From: Lepidodermella squamata
Taxonomy: Eukaryota > Animalia > Gastrotricha
Direction of reading: 5' to 3'
DNA: 64,000 nucleotides
Assembly: GCA_047495785.1 (NCBI GenBank)
Contig: JBLDXI010000060.1
Span: 248,001-312,000, forward strand
Shown: one piece after another, positions 57,685-64,000 of the stretch
Numbering within the stretch: the first letter of the stretch is position 1
How the letters are laid out: every line of letters begins with the position of its first letter
Position numbers and translations under genes: made by a program
Notes under the pieces: model-generated
Told to the model about the DNA's origin: nothing
The model's database searches: none
Seen by the model: only the letters and a program-made list of their open reading frames with translations

Positions 57685-59171
57685 TTAATATGAAGAACGG
57701 TTGCTTGTATTTCCGGCTTCGATGCCAACGTGGCCTTTCTCTCCTGATGTGTAATCGATCATAATCAGAAAATACGTTAGCAACCCAGCAAATATCTAGA
57801 AGAAGTGGATGAAAAGCGTTGTTTGGGCTATTATAAATTAAACATACAGCAGCAAAAGTTTCACTCTTGAGGGGAATCATGCCCAAAAAAGTGAAGCAGA
57901 CTTGCTCCGACGTAACTTGGGTCAACAGCATCGACAACTGTAAATGTATCTGGGGTGTACATGTTTAATTGTAAAATTTGAATTTTCACTTGGATTTGCA
58001 TTTCTGTTCCTTTGCTATGCAGTCGAAGGTTGAAAAGCTTCTCTCGAACTCGTTCGGCACTACGTGCGATGTAGGATGATGGTCCTATAAAGACTACCAA
58101 CAGGACAATCGAGAAGATGAGCCAAGCACTCTCAAGACTCTTCAGGAATGAGTCTGCTAAGCCTCCCAAGGCCGTTTGATACAGATTCACCAAGGTTCCC
58201 ATGAATCCGTAGCTGGCAGTCGCGAAAATTGTCAGCCCCATGTCACGATCGAGTCGTCGTACCATTTTCACGAGATGCAGATGCCTGTCTCGTACCAACT
58301 CGATAAATTCAAGCTCAGAATAAGGTTTTTGCGACTCTGCGTTTTCGGCAGGGCCAACTTGGCTCGAAGTATTCCTCGAATATTCAGCAATTAGAGTGGA
58401 TAGGTTTCGGAATTTAAGCCCGATGCTCAAAGATGCAACGAGGAAAAATGCAAGGGAAAAGATTAGACCAGAGTCGCTGATCAAACTGTGACAGATAAAG
58501 AAAATTATCGAAGCAAAATTCCAAATTTGTTCATCCTCGATCAGGTAGTTCAGCGGAGTGACAATGACACCAAAGGCGGGTCGGTTCTCAATAAGAAGGA
58601 AGGTAACTAGGGCGAAGTTAAAAAACCATGTTGCAGTAAACGCGATGACGACTGCTATGTTGAAAAGGCGTCGTTTCTTCAAAACAGCTGTCATATCGAT
58701 GGTTTTATCTTCTGACAGAGATTCGCAAGAATTGCCCAACTCCAACACATGAACAAATTTGCCCTTCCAGCTGCCCGTGAACATGTTCCATCGAACCATA
58801 GCCCCTATGAGTTGATAGTAACCTATTGTTACGAAGCAATAGAGCAAGCGGAATAAAGATGCGTTGCTTGCATTCGACCAAGCGAAGAATGAAAAAGCTT
58901 TGATCGCATTAATCCAAGCCAATGCAGTCATCGCTATCGCGTATGCCTTGTAGGCCTTGGAACTTTGACCATCGCTATCACTGGTAGGCCAATTCGGCAA
59001 CAGGCCGAGGGCCTTCAACGGGATATACAGTGGTCTGAAAGCAGTGAACTCATCCATGTGAGGTAGGTCAGATTTAGGAATCATGGTGCTTTCAGTGAAT
59101 GCTACTGACGCTGAATCGCCCCCGAGCGTCTGTTCTGATAGCATGGCGGAGTATTGCCGACGTGAAAGCAT
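57685..59171 (-). CDS. Gustatory receptor-like 3
   Basis: Paralog; last exon IFAGLLTYFLIMIDYTSGEK; the start codon may be a downstream Met. Confidence 0.85.
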
Positions 59172-59896
59172 AACGATTTATTTCCGCTTCGATTCTAAAT
59201 ACAGCAACAAGTTATTCATGCCACTTTACACGCATTGAAATCCTCCCCAACGGCCAGAAAAGCCTGGCGGTTTTTGTCAGAAATGTAATCAATTAGAACC
59301 CGACCAGCAAACCAGCTGTGGGATCTCGATATATTGGTAACTAATACACGTAACATTTTCGTACTGCGGATGATTTTTTCGGACCAGACGACAAGTCTTG
59401 CGATTTGTTTTGCAAAAAGGCGATATTATACCCATCGAGCTGTTAATCGGGCTTTGTGCTGTTGTAGCTGAATTCTGCAAGTGAGTAGCCCTTGCTGCAG
59501 TACTCCCTCGATATAAGCGCCTTGGGCGCAGGATCATCCGCGCAGAGCGCACCCTTTCCAGCTTCGCAACACAAAAGACTTACAGTAAAATAATTTCCTC
59601 TGATACATTAGAAAAAAGTTGGTAAGAGCGAAACTTAGCCCAACCATTTCCTAGGCTAGATTTTCCAAGAAAAATAAGTCTATCTTCTTGACGCAAAAGT
59701 CTGTGCATTCCACCAATCACTTCTGGTTTCTCGTATTCATCTTCTAATATGATTAATGAAAGATGATTTATTTTTTTTATGAGTAAAGATGGCTAGAACT
59801 CTTAAAAAGCTTCGAGTTAGGACTAAAGGTTGTAATCATCTTCATATCGCGCCACCTGTCTCTTCAAATTACCACATTATCATGTGCAATACAAGA

Positions 59897-60190
59897 CTAA
59901 ATGCTTTCGCGCCCTTTTGACTTGGGTTTGCAGACCACTTTGCCGTCAACGCGGGTCCAGACGTGTATTCCCGATCCAGCAGGGCCCTTGCATATCCCGC
60001 CGATTCGAGGCTCGCGGGCTTCTTCCTCCGGGAGAGCTTCCACGCGCCCGCTTGACCTTTGCGAAGCAAAATCTGATAGAACGATCGCGACTACAGCGGC
60101 CTGTGAAACAAAATACGTCAATGGTAGGCAAGATACATTAATGCTATGAAAGCTTACCAAAACAGCAAGAGAAAGAGCTAGCTTTGCCAT
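59897..60190 (-). CDS. Small secreted prepropeptide (intron 60157-60101)
   Basis: Spliced MAKLALSLAVL|AAVVAIVLSDFA signal, acidic spacer ...EEEAREPR, two-Cys basic peptide, KGR near the end. Confidence 0.65.
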   Translation of the reverse strand: MAKLALSLAVLVSFHSINVSCLPLTYFVSQAAVVAIVLSDFASQRSSGRVEALPEEEAREPRIGGICKGPAGSGIHVWTRVDGKVVCKPKSKGRESI

Positions 60191-61273
60191 TTGATGTTGG
60201 AAGGTTATAAAGAAATTATCTAATTGTAATGGGTAGTTGAAAATTTACGAATGAATAGACCTTGCATCTGTTTTCTCGAAATTGTGTTTTCCTATCATCC
60301 GCCAGCTGTGCATACACCCGAACCCCGCATTGGTGTTCCCCAAAGCACCGAAACGTGTCAGAATGAAATTGTACGAAGGTCGACATAAAATAAGAAAGTA
60401 ATTTTTACCGTGAAAAATTCAAACTGGACAAACGGCCTGTGGCCTATGCATTGCATCCGATGTTGTGGTTGTAAACACAGGAACGGCAGCTAAACGTCAG
60501 AGAAGCCAGTCCGCTAGAAATGCCTGCAAACTTTAAGCGAGCTCAACATGTGAGCGTTCGATCGGACAGGAGCAAAAGCATCCCGAAAGCGTCTCCGTAA
60601 ATTGCCACAAAACGGGTAATTCTACATCTTTCGCTGCCTGACTCGCAAAACAACTAGCCATGGCTAAACGTATGGCGCCAGATGAATTCGAAGTTGGAAT
60701 GCATTTTCTTTAAGAAGCTATTCCGGAGTTTCGTCATCGATCATCGATCAACCACCCTTATTATCTCTTACCTCTGCTCTTAGGGAGGTAATTGCAACCA
60801 GATCCTAATCTTGCATCATGCTGTCTTGTTTGATTTTGAAAGTTTGGCTAATTATTACAAACTTTCGGCTTTGCTATAGCACCGTATTTGACTGTTCCGG
60901 TAGTATGGTGCGAGTGCTTTTGTTCCACTATTCGAGAAACAACATTTATCCGTTTTGTCTTTACCTAATGAAATAAGGACTGGCTTTAAAAATAGCTCTC
61001 ATCGCATTTTTTCTTTTTTATGTTTACATCGGGCCGGTTTGCAGCAGATTGAGGATTTCTAGCGCAATGTGACGAGGCTCAAAGGTCGGGTAATTCTTAT
61101 TACCGCGCTTCGAAATTTTGGCATTATTATTAAATTAGTTGCAGTTGATCAAATCGAATAAAAACTATGCGAACACAAAGCGGAAAAGCTACATGATATA
61201 TTCATCACTGTTTCCAGAAACCGTCGGTTAGGTCGTGTGCAATTCGGAGATATAATATCGTGAAGTTTTCAAT

Positions 61274-62682
61274 TTAATATGAAGAGCGGTTGCTGATATT
61301 TCCGTCTGCTGTGTCAAGCATGCCCATTCGGCTTTTCTCTCCTGACGTGTAGTCGATCATGATCAGAAAATACGTCAGCAGACCAGCACATATCTAAAAG
61401 AAATGTTTATGGATTTCGATTGGAGCTACAATGGCAACATACAGCAGCGAAAGTTTCGCTCTTCAAAGGGATCATGTCCAAATATGTGAAGCAAACTTGT
61501 TCCGACGTAACTTGGCTCAACAGCATCGACAGCTGCAAATTATATTGATTGAAAATTGGCATAAGTACTCATAACGTAAGCATTCACCTGTATATGCATC
61601 TTTGATCCTTCGCTACGCAATCGAAGGGTGAAAAGCTTCTCTCGAACTCTATCGGCACTGCGGGCGATGTAGGCTGACGGAGCCATGAAAGCTACCAGCA
61701 AAGCTATTGAGAATATGAACCAAATACTTTCAATAGTCTTTAGGAATGAGTCTCCCAGTCCACTCAAGGCCGTTTGGTACAAGTTTACCAAGGTCCCAAT
61801 GAAGCCGTAGCTAATGGTCGCGAAAATTGCTGGCCTCATGTCACGATCGAGTCGTCGGACCATTTTCACGAGATACAGATGACGTTCTCGTACGAGCTCG
61901 ATGAATTTAAGCTCGGGATAATACTCAGATTTCTTATCGCCATTTTCGACAGGGCTGATTGCGCATGAAACGTGCTTTGAATATTCGGCAACTTGAGTCG
62001 ACAAGTCTCGGAATTTCCGTCCGATGCTCACAGAGGCAACAAGGAAAAATGCCAGTGAAAACATAAAACCAGTGTCGCTTATCAGGCTGTAACTGATATA
62101 GAAAATTATTGATGCGAAATTCCAGATTTTCTCATCTTCGATCAGGTAGTTCAGCGGAGTTACCATTATACCGAAGGCGGCTCGATTCTCAATGAGAAGG
62201 AAGGAAACTAGGGCAATGTTAAAAACCCATGAAAAGGCGAACGAAATGAAAACTGCTATGTTGAACCGGCGCCGCTTTTTGAGAATTGGTGTCATATCGA
62301 GGATTTCGTCCTTGTATAGACATTCGCGCACATCTTTAACCTCCATGGAATGAACAAACTTGCCCTTACAGCTGCCCGAGAACAAATTCCATCGAACCAT
62401 TGCAGCCATGAGTTGGTAGAAACCTATTGTTATGCAATAAAGCAAGCGGGATAGTGATGTGTTGCTCGCATTTGACCAGGCAAGGAATGAAAACACTCTC
62501 ACTCCATTGATCCAAGCTATAGTAGTCATCGAAATCGCGTATGCTTTATAAGCTTTGGAGCTTGGACCATCGTAATCACTGGTGGGCCAATTCGGCAACA
62601 GACCGAGGGCCTTCAACGGTATATACAACGGCTTGAAAGCTATGAAGTCATCAATGTAAGGTGGGTCAGATTTAGGAATCAT
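61274..62682 (-). CDS. Gustatory receptor-like 4
   Basis: Close paralog of GRL3; last exon ICAGLLTYFLIMIDYTSGEK. Confidence 0.85.
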
Positions 62683-63009
62683 GGTGCTATCGGTGAATGC
62701 AACTGGCGTTCATCGCCTGTCGACCAGCTATCAGAATATGACGCATTTCCCACGCGAAAAAATAATGGATGGGTTTATTTTCAGTTCACATCTAAATGCA
62801 GTAAACAATTATTTATGCCAGTTCGCAGATTGATTGCTTGCGTTGAAATCCTCCCCTGTGGCCAGCAAAGCCTGGCGGCTTTTTTCGCCATAAATATAAT
62901 CAATCATAACCAAAAAATAGGTTAGCAGACCAGCCAGTAGCTGTAGAATACGGCTATATGTATATATGTATTACTAGCTCTTACTCATGAACAGAGAAAA
63001 CTAATGGTG

Positions 63010-63790
63010 ACAACTTGTCCTATGAGCATCGAAGGTCGGTAATTGCAAAATCAATAATTATATATAGGAATGAATTGTGAAGATAAATTATACCTGGATT
63101 TGTACTGTTGTTCCTTTCGATTGAAGTCTAAGATTATTGAACAATTTTTCTCGCACACGATCGGCATCGTGGCAGATGTAAGCCGATGGGGCGATGAATG
63201 CCATTAACACCCACATCGAAAAACCAGGCAGGTTGTTGTTTGATCAATTGAAAAACTGTTAGAGGAACCACCCCATGCCGCTTGGTACAAGTTAGCGACA
63301 GTTCCAATGTAGCCGAAGCTTATACTTGCAAGAGTTGCAAGAATTGAGAAAAACATGGTTCGATCTAATCTATTACGCGGCTTTTCACGAGATAGAGGTG
63401 CCGATCTCGTATGAGCTCTCGAAACTTGATTTCGGGATAATATTGTTGATTCTCGCAGCTCCAAGACATAGGTCGTATCTTGTATGCAGACAACTTTGAA
63501 TTTTTTTGTGATTTCATCAGATAAATGGCGAAATTTTCTGCCCAAAGTGTAAGAAGCCATGATAAAAAACGCGATTGATTGAAAACATTAACCCGCCGTC
63601 ACATACGACGCTTAACAACAAGAAAATGGTTAACGAGGCGAAAGTCCACAAGTGTTCGTCCTCAACCTTTTTGCCTCTCACGATCATTAGATACGTAACC
63701 ATACATAAGGGCGATTCACAAACTCGTGTTTTCCACATGAATGATGCAAAAGATTTTTTGCAGGCTCACTTGAATCATGAACGATGAACG
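63010..63790 (-). pseudogene. Gustatory receptor-like pseudogene
   Basis: GRL-like segments (VEDEHLWTFAS, GYIGTVANLYQAAWGG, ADRVREKL) split over several frames; N-terminus and last exon not found. Confidence 0.8.
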
Positions 63791-63870
63791 AACCCCGCTC
63801 ACAAATTATTTTTCATAATTCATGATTCAAGAAGCTGTTTAGCCATTTTTTATATGCGCTATTTTAATCT

Positions 63871-63954
63871 AAAAAAGGAGTGCGCCCGCAGGGCGCAGAA
63901 CCCACGACACTGGGCATGATAGTTCGTGTTAAACCCACTGTGCCACCAGTGAGC
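63871..63954 (-). other. tRNA-like / hairpin-terminated element (SINE head or rolling-circle element end)
   Basis: A-box-like TGGCACAGTGG, degenerate B-box GGTTCTGCGCC, 7-bp GC hairpin TGCGCCC/GGGCGCA followed by T6. Confidence 0.3.
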
Positions 63955-64000
63955 TTTTGTTGATTTCAGCGTTAGCGTCATTATCACAGTGGTCCGAGGT

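Noticed and set aside
59289-59650. Minus-strand ORF with four Cys near its end
   Set aside because: I could not build a spliced model with a credible start or signal peptide.
60251-60388. 45-codon plus-strand ORF containing EPRIG, as in the neighbouring peptide precursor
   Set aside because: No other similarity and no signal peptide; probably chance.

Overview
Gene-dense eukaryotic DNA from an invertebrate animal, with mostly ~50-70 nt GT-AG introns; the organism cannot be identified from the sequence. Host genes: seven divergent Cys-loop (pentameric ligand-gated) channel subunits (one with a premature stop), four intact plus one decayed gustatory-receptor-like (GRL) genes, a tandem family of CD225/dispanin-like membrane proteins, two atypical nuclear receptors, two Ly6/three-finger proteins, SCAMP, a MARCH-type RING-CH ligase, steroid 5-alpha-reductase, a multi-ubiquitin-like-domain protein, a signal peptide + LDLa + ankyrin protein, an ankyrin pseudogene, a secreted non-specific nuclease, a PI-PLC X protein, a Tyr-rich orphan ORF and a small secreted peptide precursor. 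Mobile DNA: a complete, very young env-bearing Ty3/gypsy element (11780-20734, minus strand; identical 193-bp LTRs, tRNA-Leu PBS, -1 frameshift signal, class I fusion-protein env with PTAP/PPxY motifs in its tail). It is flanked by a perfect 539-bp direct repeat instead of a 4-6 bp target-site duplication. Also present: a 3'-truncated second copy (39181-43683), a Helentron-type non-autonomous element and two MITEs. All gene models, alignments and family calls were made by eye and need computational confirmation.
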